Shown: in pieces, positions 1 through 13,917 of the stretch | Layout: each line of letters opens with the position of its first letter | Numbering within the stretch: position 1 is the first letter of the stretch | Source of the DNA: Psilocybe cubensis | Taxonomy: Eukaryota | Direction: 5' to 3' | Assembly (NCBI GenBank): GCA_017499595.2 | Contig: CM039005.1 | Span: 1,798,001-1,862,000, forward strand | DNA: 64,000 nucleotides | Notes under the pieces: generated by a model | Seen by the model: the letters and a program-made list of their open reading frames with translations, nothing else | What the model was told of the DNA's origin: nothing | Databases searched by the model: none | Made by a program: the position numbers and the translations under genes

Positions 1-812
1 CCGGACACACAGTGGAAGCCAATTCGAATAACTTCTGCACCATGTTGTAACTTAAATAAGTGATGCCCTCCATATACTCATTCCCAGTATATCACTTTGA
101 GAGAAACCGTCAGCTTGCTTCAGCCTCGAGATAGCATGGCATGGTGCGGTAGTCATATAGCAATAAATTGAGGTAGAGAGTTCAAATCTTTTTCCTACTT
201 GCCTTAAAGTCGCTTACTTTGATATTGATTCCTAATTGTGGCCCAACAAAAATACACCACTGCTATGAAGATACTTACTCGGTGCCTTATAAGCTCAAGA
301 CGATGCTGAACTCCCAGCCAATCGCCCCCTGGCCCCTGAGTGCTACAGATCGGAGGATCTATTATAGGATGTAGGCATCATGCTGAAGTGCAACAGCCGG
401 GAAGTGATTTACATCAAGTGGACACATCGACGGTCCGGAGCGCGCTAAAGAGATAGTGCCTTATTCCTCCTGTTGTCAATACATCTCACATCTCTGTGAT
501 TTGATAAAAGGTAGGTCGGGTCGGAGAACAAATGATCCCAAAATTTCCCTCATTCAATAAGTGCTTCATCTCGCTCCAATTTCCGTGGTAATGCAACAGC
601 TTGTATAACAGTGGTAACAAACAAACTAGATTGTATACATTGATGTGAAGGGCTTTATGTTCCTTCAACTCCCAAAAATAAAAAGACGTTATAAATCATG
701 ATTGGTGACGAGCGACAACAAGCGGCGCAATGAGGACGAATGATCTTAAATGTGGTTAGCACCTGGCTTTCCATAACGGTATAATAAGTTAATCATGATC
801 AGAGTCGTAGCC

Positions 813-2406
813 TTAAGTATAGATCTTGAGCCAAGCGAAATCGAAGTAAGCGTTAGTAAACGCTGAAGGATTGTTGTTGACAAAGTCTAAACCTGACCGT
901 CAGTCTCTAATCATATAAGGACAGAATGGACAGTGTGACGCACCGACACAAGTAGAAGGACATCCAGAGTTCCCGTAAACCGCGCCCGCCCAGTCACCGC
1001 CTTGATAAAATCATGTAAGACCGGTAACTTTACCATACACTATTAAACACTCACAGAATGTCACTGAGGTAAAAACCTTGATCAATAAGCCCAAATATTG
1101 AAGACAATATTACTTACAATCGAAAATGATGTTGTGAGGACCAAATTTCTCAGAGATAGAACAGCTGGTGCTTGGGAAGAAAGCTCGGGGAGTACCCTTA
1201 TTGCAAGGACAACGTAATGAGAGAGGCGAGCGTATTCTGAGACAGGGGTCACTCACCCAGTTATCAGTGTCCACTGTGGTGGAGCCGCTTGAAACGTCCG
1301 AAGGAATACCTCCAGCATTTCTGGCCCAGAACCAGACCTTGATGAAAGAATTCGTACGCTCCACTGCATACCTGGAAATGGAAGCGATGAGTACCTACAT
1401 CATCACTAACGCAGTCAATAAATTTACCATCCTCCCCCGTTCGAGTTGAAGGTCGGTCCATAGCTCCGTGAGTCATCGACCTTGACGCTGCAACCAGCAT
1501 TGTTTGTATCTGCTGTATCGCAATCATCCCCGACGATCGATCTAAGAAATGATAAGCGACACAGGAAGGTTTCTGAAAGGCTTTGGTACTACTCACCCGG
1601 TTTGTGATCGAGAAGAAGGCATGGTACATCCTCCTGACAGTCAGAATGCGTGGCGTCAGATACACGTTGAGAGCTGATGCAGATAGTCATTCACCGTTGC
1701 CAGTGTGCAATGTCACTTGGTCAGGACCCTGGTCGTTGACTCCTTCCAGGATATCGATCTCCCCCTACAATAATTGTAGTTGAATATATTGATGGTCCAT
1801 AGACGGCGGTCATTGAAAAGGTACTATAATTACCTGATTCGGCCAGTCAGCGCCTACCGTCCAAACAGCGGGCCACGTTCTATATACGGAGTTAGAAACA
1901 ACGCTAATCATAAGACAGGGATAATTGAGTGCTTACCCGCACCCCTGAGGCATATGTCGAATGTTAAATCTAAAATTGGACGTTGATGTCAGCATATTTG
2001 GCGACATTGAACGTAGGAAACTACGGACACCATGACAGAGGTAGTGTACTGTTTGTTTGACATCATCCTGACAGAATTTCTGCCGGGACCATTTGGGTCC
2101 AATGTCTTCTTGAAGTCAGCACGCATAATGAAGGTGTTGCTAGACGTAAATGTGAGGTTCTGGCTGGCGGCGGTACCAGCGTCTACATAATTCCTGTATA
2201 CCGCCCCAAACTAAATGTTTAATGATCGAGTACATGATACAAGTGGCTGACACTTACACACGACCGTGAGTGGGGTCCGATATTGCTTCCAGTGAAAAGG
2301 CATTGAGGAAGTCGGATCCGATATGGCTATCTGTCTGCGAGTACGTCGCGGCGAGAGCAGAGGCCGTGGTGTACGCCACAATGAATATCTTGAGAAGGGA
2401 AGACAT
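813..2406 (-). CDS. Secreted glycoside hydrolase family 16 endo-1,3(4)-beta-glucanase (Lam16A-like), multi-exon
   Basis: Spliced translation gives a signal peptide MSSLLKIFIVAYTTASALA, then DPTHGRVNYVD, GPGRNSVR, HMPQGCGTWPAVW, catalytic GEIDILEG (ExDxxE), GGGWYAMERT and CGDWAG, ending AYFDFAWLKIYT* (TAA at 813-815). Confidence 0.93.
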
Positions 2407-4353
2407 TGGTAAACGACGAATGGATCTTAGCTGGTGCAAAAAATGTCGAGAGGCGCTATGGCAATGGGAGGAGGACCTCTGAGGACTAGAGAAAATTTTC
2501 GCCAGTATTTAAATACTTGAAAGAGTCCAGGCAGCTATCGCCTTTTCGGGTGGTAATTTTGTCTATCATGTCTATCCAAAGAACGGAAACGCCAATCCAC
2601 AAGCTCCATTGTCAGTCTGGTCAGTCAGTCGGGTCAGCCACCCGAACCATGTGGGGAATCAATATGGTATAATCTAAAATAAGTCCATCTTTTAAATTTA
2701 CCTTTGGTCATACCTTTGGAGCAATAGCGCAGAAGGCGTATATGGGAAATGAGGGCGAGAGGAGGCAAACTTGGCTCGTAGGTTCCGAGGGTAGCCCAAT
2801 TGACATATCTATAATGAGGAATACACATACAGAGAGAGCCGTACCATTGTATTCATAACGAGTTACGCCGAACAGATTCAAGGATGTTCGCAAGAATAGT
2901 TCATTTGAAATGTGACCCAATACAATGCGATAACGCCACGGATGCACCGGGGATAGGACACATCCTATAAGGTGGTAGACCAAATTGTGAAGAGGGCAAC
3001 GTAAATGTAATTTTTTGGACAAGACGATGGAGCTCCGGTGTGAGTGCAAGGAGGATCAATGTAGTCAGGCTTACACGGGTAGAAAATGGAAGAGCCTGCA
3101 CAACTAAAGGTCCCACGACGCTGAAAGCACCCGAGCAAATTTGATCAAGACCTGAATAGAAATAGAGTTTTTAGTGGTGCATTTATGGGGAAGATTAGGA
3201 GGGTGTAGTTGCTCTGTTTGTTGAACCAAGGGTTTCATATTTTGTGTAGAGGATCAGAGTGTGGAGGCAGGGATGCAATTTTTGGGCCACACTGACAGTC
3301 ATTCTAACGCTGTAAATCGAATACAGTCAAGTAGGCACATGTTATGAATAACTATTGATTCGAGACACGAAGAATATTCTCACCAATGGTTGTAGGTCAA
3401 GTTCCCCTTTATCCGACCGAAAAATTTCTCTTCAAGAAGGCAGCAAGTCACCAGATACGCCTCGTGCCCCAGTTCCGATGCAACCTGATACGGTGAAGTG
3501 AACAACATTGGGTCACGCACTGGTCTGAAGATACGATGCATGAAACAAGCCACAAATGAAAATTTCACCAAGACGAATTGACCATAAGACATGCCACGCG
3601 ATGAGAGGGTATTATTAGAATATCAGGCGCATGAATACCCCCCAAGAAGCCTATCATGCAAATCAAGTTGGAGCTGCTCCGAAGAGCAGAGGAAAGCGAG
3701 AGGTTGAGTAATTTGCCAATGATTCGGCAGCGATTTATTTGTCTATGCTTGTCAGCATGTGGACTCGGCACTAACACGTGCCTGCCGGCGTACCTTGGCA
3801 CTTGAACTTGAAAAAAAGTTTTCGGCAAGTTGCAGGGCGTTCAATGCGTATTGATGTTCGATACACGAAATTTTACGATAGGACTCTAGCTACCGCCACC
3901 TTTAAGAGTACTAGATCTATAGGACGAAACTAGACTATCATGGAGGTTGTGTGGAGGCCGTTGAAGGCCAATACATACTATGTGAGAATATTGAATCAAG
4001 GGGAAGCAGAAAAAAATAAAAAAAAAATGACGATATAAGTTGGATGTGAGGGTCGGCAATAAATATGCGATAAATAGATGAAAGCTCTATGGGTGGAAGA
4101 AGATAATTACATGCGGAACATGAGGTTTGTGGTCGTGGGATGGTCGTGCAAAATGCAGGGAGTCGAAACTAAAGCTACAGATAAATAATGAGAGAGAATA
4201 AATAATAATAGATATACGAAGATAAAGAGAGAAACATGTGCAAAGGAGAAATGAAATGCGAATGGTTATGATACAGAAAATGCAAGGACACTCTAATGTT
4301 AATGGTATAATGTCCAAAATCCAAGAGCGGTTCAGCCGACAGACAGGTGCCGT

Positions 4354-5083
4354 TCAGTCTATATTGCGTCCGCATTGGAGGAGGAGGGAAGCAGCGACAA
4401 CAGAGTCGAGAAGACCTAGCTGGATAGCATCAGGCGTCATGTCGAGTGCTATGGCACCATTTGTTCTAGTTATCCTGGCCAGGAGTGTAGGGTTTCTCGG
4501 TCCTCCGGCGAATAACTAAAATACACACGATCCCGGCTCAACAAACGTAACGATGCAGAAAAAACCAGAATCCACTCACACTGATACTTTTATCACGTGG
4601 CGCCCAAGCGTATTGCATTCCTCTGACGGACATCGTTCGAGCACTAAAATGTCATAATCAATCGTTTAAGATTGCATGTCAATCACAGGACAAATGGTGT
4701 AACTACCTTTTATCAGCAGTCAACGCCAGCCACGCTCTAACGTATTGCTTGGTCAACAATCCACGAACTTCAATCATCGGATGGGACTGCCATTCGATGA
4801 GTGAGACGTTTTTGCCCTCCGAATTTTTGACAACAGTATAGCCCGGCATCTGATTATCGGTAACAATCCTATAGTAAACTTGGGCTTGAGGTCCGATCAC
4901 GGTGCAATTAAGAATGTCGGGGCTGAAGTTCGTGAAGTAGAAAGTTTGGAAGGCAGACGAGTCGTTTGGATAGGGGAGAGCTCCGTATATGGAAGGAGTG
5001 GGTGCTGCGCCGTTCCAAGTCGAGCTTGCAGATTGGCCATTGCCCATCTCGCCCCAGCTGCCAAAAGGATGGTTGAAGTACAT
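4354..5083 (-). CDS. Hypothetical agaricomycete protein, possibly DUF6593-like, 3 exons (~200 aa)
   Basis: ORF 4703-5083 plus exons ~4580-4645 (ARTMSVRGMQYAWAPRDKSI) and ~4354-4516 (LFAGGPRNPTLLARI...LLQCGRNID*), with canonical splice sites. The family guess rests on the 'ILNCTVIGPQAQVYYRIVT' pattern only. Confidence 0.7.
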
Positions 5084-7018
5084 ATTCTAGGCTATTAGAA
5101 ATTTATAACGTGCTCTATAAGCAAGAATGGGAATCAAAACAGACGAAGAGGTGAGAGATTGAGAGACGAGAAAGGTAGGTGAACTAATGAAAAAACGTGC
5201 CCTTCTCTTCCGTTTATATGAGGAGAATGTTGACGCGTACTTGATGTATTTCAAAAGCATACTAGAAAAGGAAATTCAAGGGCTTCAAGGCCTTCAATGC
5301 CGTGTTTGGATAGTTCGGACCCTTAGGCTTGATGGAATAAAGGACATTGGAATGATGTCAGTACTTTGTTTCCGAGCTGTACTGAACAACTTGTCTACAT
5401 AGAGTTGAAGCGGGTGGTAGCTTGGTTTGATTCACTTACAACGTACAGTTAGAAGTCGGCAAGGACCCATAATATCCAAGGAGGCGGTGTGTAACATCAA
5501 GTTTCATAGATCTGGCTGATCAAGATCTAATCTCAATATTCAATCCTGCCAAAATTTCGGTTCGCGTGAGATGATGAGCTAAGAGTAAATCATGGGTCAT
5601 TACTGATTCCTGCTGACTGATACCTAACCGACAGGTCTCGTACTCCATCCATCCAACCGACTTTCAACAATTCGAGCTGGACACCCACAGCGACATACTA
5701 TATACGGAAACGACGCGACATTTACGGAATAGTTCCGAAATGTAAGAGAACTTGCCAACCAGGTCAGTAAAAGCCGGCCAAGATCGAAGTGGGTACCTTG
5801 AGTCCTTGACCGTAGATAGAAGCTCAGGTAGGTACGCTATCTTTCCCGAGCTGAGAAAAGTCAATTCTTTGTACATCCGACCGCCACGTCCGGATTTGGA
5901 ACAAATCAACCGATCTTTTCGTTTTGAATGTGATTAAAATACTGCTGGAAAAACTATGTCAGTGCGCGAGCGCTCGCGCCTCATTCAAGACTGACTTTCT
6001 TTTGTGTAGACAATCGACGGAGAACAACGACCGTGGAATTCTTTTGCCGTGGAATAAATCGTTCAATTACCAGTTGATTCAAACAGACAATTCTTCGGAC
6101 CTTTCATGGGTGGCATTTGACGTGGAGAGCAACAAGGAACCTTAAGGGACAACAGAGGATGGCAAATTATTAGACATAGAGGGAATCTACCGAACCGTGT
6201 TGGAATCGATTCCACACCTTGTCCACACCATCCAATGCTCAGCCAGACATGAGGATTTCCGATTCTAGGCAATGGGTAAACCAGGGAGCATGCGTACACT
6301 ATCATTTTCAGTGCCGTCACTAGAATCATTAGATCAAAGAGCAGCTACGTTATTTTGTAAAGTACAACAGGATGATATTCTTCGACATTTTTCTCGTTCG
6401 TTTCATTGTTGTTGTGTAATAATTTTTTCTGCAACGCAATGAAGAGATGGTTCCAATCATAAAGTCCCGGCTTTGACTCACGAGAAGGGTAAGTACTCTC
6501 ACAAGAGGAATATGCGCCCTCTAACCCATCCGCATCGACGAATCACCAAGTTAGTAGTTTCCGGTTTCATCCAGACGTAGGAAATCTTGTATAACTAAAC
6601 ATAATTACATTCAACCAAAGAGCGTCCGATTTTAAAAGATGGTCCCTCAATTATGCCAAACTATGTGATTTGGCTCACCTGAGGCAATTTTCAGCGTTCA
6701 ACAATGATATATTACTATTAGAAGTTGTGGACTCACATGAATATTATACTCTCAGATTGAGGTTTTGATATTTAGTGGTGCGCAAAGAATGATTACAAGG
6801 AATGATGTTCTTTATTCACGACGAATGATACCGTGTACACTGAGGGGTTAATTATGCTATTGATGGATTGCCCAAACAGATTATTAAAACAAAGAGAAAG
6901 AATTGTATCTGGCCAAAGAAAACATGGGATGTAGGTTTACAAAGTACACTAGCTCGATATAAACAGCTCGTCCAAAGCATGCAAAATCAGCTTTCATAAT
7001 CGGAGTGCTGTAACTTCT

Positions 7019-7725
<707 letters not shown>

Positions 7726-9969
7726 TGCAAACTCGAAACTTCAAGACCTGAAGCAAGAAACTGGAGGACCATTCGGATCGCACGAGATCAAGAAAAGAGG
7801 GATTTTAACGCAGGATTGAGTGACAACGAAATGAATCGGCGGAAAATACATGCGATTTGAAGGCGATAGGAGAGTTTCAAGCAATTCATCAGTTCCAAAG
7901 ATCGGATTGAGCGCCCGGAAGACTTACCAATAAAAGAGAAGTTTACGAAGAGGATGGAGACCAGTTGGTGGTGGTCGGAGGATAAGGTGCACAGGGCTTG
8001 TTTGGTCTCTATTTTGTCAATGTACACACGCTAGCTTAGTCAGCCCGTCCTTACACACAGCCTTATCTGTCACCCATTCTCGCAGGTTCTAGCAGAACAC
8101 CATCTCTGCGTCCACAGAAAGCCTTTGCTTGCATTTTGTGGGCCTCATAGCTTCAGATTGCACCCCTAAAACTCTTTTATCTCGTTATTTTCGTATCGAG
8201 GGCACCCTAACTCGAGAAGAAAACCAATGCTTGCCACGCATATCAGCGCCAGATATAGCTTTGCTCGTGAGTCAGTCGGATCAGACGACCAGCCAGAGTT
8301 CTTGTTCGGCGCCTTTGATCTACCGGCGTATCGCCAGAGCAATCTATTCAATGAACAGACAAAGGTAGTGCGCTCCCTGGTCTCTTGAATACCATGCATG
8401 CCCGACCGACGCGAGCTTTGCACAGCCGACACGCGCTTTTTGCAACCGAAAACTCTATCTATCGACTGGTCTATCTTTATTTTTCATTTTCTAGTGTCAA
8501 CAGTCCAAGTCCACATGTCAAACACTTCGTTTACTGAAATTGAAGGTTATAGACTCTACCGAGTACCAACAAATTACACCATGCGACGGATTACGCAAGG
8601 TTTTAAGCAAAACTTGAACGCAACGTGAGCACAGACTCGGTATGTTAACAATTCATTATGCATCTTTGCGACATTTTGCCTGCTTCAGTATCTTATTAGA
8701 ACCACAGACTTACGTCCTTATCATCGACAATCCGCGAATTCTGATACTCAAAGGCGGTATCCATTTGATGCCATCCATGTTTATCACTCAAATTGGGGTA
8801 TAGCGTAAAGCTTGAGCGCTTGAGCGCTAGTCCTCAAAGTCAATCGCGATCTGGACAACGCATTTCGCGCAGTACGGCCCAACATTGCCGTTAAGTGTTG
8901 AACACCTACACAGTCCTTCCCATTTACTAACTACGCTGGGTATTCTATTCTCAAAAAATGCCACACCGTTCCACATTAGACACTCATAGCCACTTACACT
9001 CACCTTGTGTAAGGGCCACAGAGAAAATGGGGAATATGATGTGTAATATATATCTCAGCATGTATCGTTTAATCCCATTAACACTTGTTTGACCTCACTG
9101 AAAAGAGTTGATTGCGGACTACGGCGCCAAACCTGCAGGTCAAGTGGTGGTAAGGGATAGGGAGCACATAATCTTCTTTCGAGCCATCCAAATTATTGAA
9201 TTATTTGATAACAAGGGTAATAAAATAAAGGCATGAACAAAACGAAAATACGCCAGACCGAAACGCTTAGCCGTGCTGAAAACCAACACAGCCTCCCCGT
9301 CGGTCTTCGCAAAGCAGGATGGAAAGGAATTATAAATGTAGATATAACCAGCAATGAGACGACGAGGAAAGTCATGGTGGAAAAGAGTTGCAAAAGGGGG
9401 ATGAAGGGAGAGAACAATCTTCATGTATCCTCCGAGTCTCGTGTGTCGTACGACATACTTACATCCGCGTGGCCGTGTCAACCTATAATGACGATGTTGC
9501 ATTGCCACCACCTTACGGGTCTGACTGGCACGATGAAAAAACCGGATAGTATACGACCGTCGGGGACTTCTGTCAAGATAAAACAAGTTATTGAATCGAA
9601 TTCCACAAATCGCGGCTATCATGAGATGAAATGAAAAAACCACTCACCACGAAACAGTGTAGACGAAGGCGCACAATGTGTACCTCCCTGCACTGGATTT
9701 TCAGAAAATCACAAGAAGAAAAATCAAAGTTCGGAAGCGAAGGAAAAACTATACATTTTTCTTTACTTCCACGAAGGGTGGAGAGGGTGGAATTGATGGC
9801 CCTATGAAACACCAAACATATCCGCTTCCACTCCAACACACCCAAAACCGTCACTGCCCAACACCCACCGCCTATCTGAACCGCCTGACCAAGTCCTGTT
9901 AATTAAGAATAACACACCTGAGTTACCCCAAGCAGACCAAGTCGGTGAGACGTCACCCGTCATCCCAGT

Positions 9970-12900
9970 TCACGAGTTATCTTCGCCCTCATCGCTTTCA
10001 TCTTCATCTTCATCGTCGCTTATCATCAAAACGCCAGGATCCTGCTGAATGACAGGCCATCGCACCATTGGTTGCGATGGTGTCGCTGGTGCCCTGTTGA
10101 TGACTGAGCCAGGCGCTGAGTTCCGCTTTGTTGCGCTGAACGACGATGTCGTTGGCGTTGATGACGTCGACGTCGATGCTGATGACAATACGGTTTTATT
10201 CTCTTCCGCCTCGTATATCCTGGATAGCGAGACGCAGTGGGCACAAAGGAAACAAAACGGGTAAAAAAGAACCGCCGAAAAAAGAGAGGAAAATTTAGTG
10301 ATGCGCTCTTCAAAAAAAATTTGTTTGATAATACAACACATCGAACAAGGCGTCGACAAACAATATGGAAAAGGAAAATAGCAACAACAGGATCTAAATA
10401 AACGCACCGTTCTTTTTCACGCATGATCTTCAAGATCACATCCTTCTCCTCTTTAGAACGACATAGGGATAGCCTATGCATTAGATTCTTCGTCTCCAAG
10501 ATGTGGTCCTCTAGACGTTTCTGCTTGGCAGCGAGGTCGGACTTGACATGAGAATATGATGGAGAGGGTTTGATGGAAGGCGCTGGCACAGATGGCGCAG
10601 AAGCAGCTACAGGTGCAGCCTTAACTGAGGCAGATTGTGATTTTACAGTCGCAATCGTCTGGGTGATAAACGAGACTGCTAGATCCTCCAGGGTGAAGTC
10701 ATTCTCACTTTGTGTTGAGACTGAGATATTATGTGAGGTTGTCGCTGTCGCCGTCGTCGTTATTGTCGGTTGCTTCTCATGCTGAATGGGGGGAGCAGGA
10801 GGAGGTGAGGGTTTGACGGAGACCGGAGGATCAGATGTCGGAGCTATTTTTGTAACAGGCTTCGCTTTCGACCGCTGGCTTTGCATGACCAATTGTCTCA
10901 GTTTATCTTCCCTGGCTTGCTTGTCATCCTGATCCACAGAAGATTTAATGCTGGCAGATTGAGAAATTTGTTGCGATAATTGAGTAGATGTAGGAGTAGA
11001 TGTGGTTCTACTAGCCGCAGCTAGCTCCAATTTGCTCCGTGCAATTTTCTCTTCCAATTCCTTTTGTCGAGCTATGAGAGCACGCTTAGTGAAGCTAGGT
11101 TCAGTTGGCGCATTCTTCATTGCCTTAGGCTCGGATGGAACAGTCGAAGAGGTTGAAGAAGCCGACATCGATGGCGAATGTGTCGCTGATATTGATGGCA
11201 CAGATACAGAAGCCGAAGTGGACATTGTCAGAATTGTTGCCGGATGTTGTGGGCGTGGCTGATGCAACACAGGTGCCTGTACATGTTGAGGTTTTGCGAC
11301 ATGTACAGCTTGCTGAGCCTGAGGCGGAGGTTGGCGTTGAGGTGGCACGTTTTGGACTGGATTTCTGGGAACAAATGGTGTCGCTGATGCTGAGAACTGA
11401 GGTTGATTCTGGGCAGATGGTTTCAGGGATGTAAGCCTGGCATAGTGGGTAGGAGACATAGGGCGGGGTGGTAAGGACTTGTGCATTAACTGTGGTGCTG
11501 GGGGTAGTACTCTAGGTGGAGGCGGGGGAGGAGGCGCTACAACATCTTCGACATCGACATCCATGTCTACCTCTTCGTAATCTTCGAGATCATCCACCTG
11601 ACCAGGTTCTGCATTGCCTGGGACGGACGAGGCGACCGATGAACTAATTGACTCATTGTCATCGCCTTGACGAAGAAACATAGATGCTCCGTACGCTGCT
11701 TTGTTCACAGGGTGATGAACTGGTGGATTTCCATGAGAATGAGTCCCCGAAGAATATGAAGGGGGTACAGATTGCTGATAACGAGAAGAAAGAGGCAACG
11801 TTTGATACTGAGAGATATCATTATCGTGTGTGGAAGGTCTTCTAGAGTTTGAAGTACTTGCAACCGGGACATAAGAGAAAAAGTGCTGATTGGAAGGTGG
11901 AACAGGTTCATCAACGATCATAGATTCTGATGGAGGAGGCGGCGGAGGCAGAGGTGGCGGTAGAGTCGGCGGTGGAGGTTGCTGCGCTTGCCGTTCTTGA
12001 GCAGCCTTTAGCACTGCCGCCTCACGGATAAGCCTCTTTTCCTCTCTTTCTCGCGCCAACCTGGCCTTTCGCTCCTTTTTCGTCTCCTTCTTTGCAACAG
12101 AAACATCGGGTTCCTTTTCCGCTGCATCACCTTCAATCTCACCTTCCTCAATTTCGCCTACACCAGCACCGGCACCAACACCCTCAACACGATACCACCA
12201 AACCTTGATTAAATCCTCCCTTGGCTTGCCCTTCAATTGATGCGGCTTCAGTTGTGCAAAGCCAACTCCAAGCTTCGGACTGCCCCACGCCTTCCTAGCC
12301 AGCTCCGCGGTGGCAAACTCGATCAAAGCCTTGCCTCTCGGCCCATCGATAAACAAATGGACAGGAACAGCACCGCAGGCACCCCGGCTCCATCTATTGA
12401 TAAATTCTGGTTGCCGGTGCTGCTTGGGAAGCTGTTCCATGACCAAGGTACGCGCCGGATTGGGAATATACTGGTCTTTCCTCTTCTTCTTCGCCTCTGC
12501 ACCCACGTCCTTGGTGGCCGCAGTAATTTGAAAGCTACCATGCTTACTGTTCGGATCGAGGTCTGGTTGCATGCCGATGGGCACAACGAGCGGGGGAACA
12601 TAAGGCTTTTGAGATGGTGGAGGCGGAGGGGGTGGTGGTTTCTGGGAAGGTTGAGGCGGAGGGGGTGGTGGTTTCTGGGCAGGCGGAGGTGGTGGTTTCT
12701 GTGAGGGCGGAGGTGGAGGTGGTTTCTGTGAGGGCGGAGGCGGAGGTGGTTTCTGTGAAGTTGAAGGTGGAGGCGGATGAGGCTTTTGTGAAGGTTGAGG
12801 TGGTTTTTGTGGAGGCGGAGGTTTTGGAGGAAGAGCGTGATGTTCTGCAAGTCTCGGAGGCATAGTAGTGGATTTAGGAAGCGAGGCGCTATGCGAGTAA

Positions 12901-13791
12901 GACGAAGCGGGAGGTAGCAGGGGTGGTGGTTGCACTGGAGGTAATGAGATCTGGGTAGCCATTGGGGACCAATGCAGGGGCAGATGGTCAACATTTTTCG
13001 CGTTCGTTGAACTCTCTGCGGCCATGGCCATAGCGGACACCCAATCGGAGGTGGTGGACCCTGGTAAAGTAGGCGTTTGTGGGAGAGAATTGGAAGGAGG
13101 TGTGACGGAATGAGAATCATATGTATCGAAGAAACTCTCTTCTTGGTACGGGTTGGATGAATTGTAAGACAGATAATTTCGAGGGAATATACCTTCCGAC
13201 ATTGGCACGGCTACGCCTATGGGAGGCTGCCCCAGGAGGTAAGAGGGGTCACTGTATACTTGGTGTTCATGCGACCAAGATGAATGCGGCGGGTGAGGCT
13301 GCGTCGGACCCGTTGATGGAAGCCAATCGTAGTTAATATTCCGCAAACGTGCCTCTTCCTGAGCCTGGCGTTCCAGCTTCCGCCTCCGTTTACGCGCCTT
13401 TTTGCTTTCGGGCTGCGAAAGGCGATTCACTAGACTCGGATGATTCCGCTGCTTAGGATGGCTAGGACCTGCAACGGGTATGTCTTGGCTAGCCATACTG
13501 CCCGCCCTTTTCCTCTTCTTATCCCTCGGAATGGGTTGCGCAGCTTGACAATGGCGACTAGCGTTAAAATGCGTCTATAATTATGTAGCAGGTAGTTGAC
13601 GCACTTTCAGTATGACGAGTGAGATCATCAAAGACGCTGTCAGGGATTTCATGTCTCTGATAATAATCCGGTTTGTCGCTCGTTGGAGATGATCTAGAAG
13701 AAATGTCTTTCGAAAGCTCGTATACGACTTCGTCTTCAGAGTCATCTATGGCGATAGGGGAGTTTTTTGTTCCAGCTCCTAAGAGCGCCAT
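9970..13791 (-). CDS. Large proline-rich, mostly disordered, probably nuclear protein with a degenerate RRM-like domain and coiled coils (~1200 aa, 3 exons)
   Basis: 1156-aa ORF 10026-13496, extended by a 5' exon from ATG 13791 (MALLGAGTKNSPIAIDDSEDE) and a 3' exon ~10220-9970. RRM-like segment RTLVMEQLP...KALIEFATAELARKAW; basic NLS-like KKARKRRRK. Confidence 0.8.
12601..12830 (-). repeat. Coding tandem repeat encoding roughly 8 degenerate (S)QKPPPPPP units
   Basis: Repeated 'ggcggaggtggtggtttctg' units on the + strand; the translation shows SQKPPPPPP iterations. Confidence 0.85.
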
Positions 13792-13917
13792 CGTGAGTGA
13801 TGTGGTAGAGAGAAAAAGGAGTGTGAGAATGTTTACCCCATCTGTCTGTTTCGGGATCAACAAAACACAACGCGGGACTTTGATCAGGGGACTCAAGGCT
13901 CCTGACCTCTCCCGACC

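Noticed and set aside
1-480. Possible minus-strand exons (several gtaagt/gtaagc donors and short open frames such as DPPICSTQGPGGDWLGVQHRLELIRHR)
   Set aside because: The region is truncated by the window edge, has no recognisable motif, and I could not fix a consistent frame.
2600-3900. Several 60-113 aa ORFs upstream of GH16
   Set aside because: No domain, codon bias or consistent splice structure; treated as intergenic.
5560-5625. C/D-box-like ATGATGA...CTGA
   Set aside because: Only ~50 nt long, with no terminal stem or recognisable rRNA guide.
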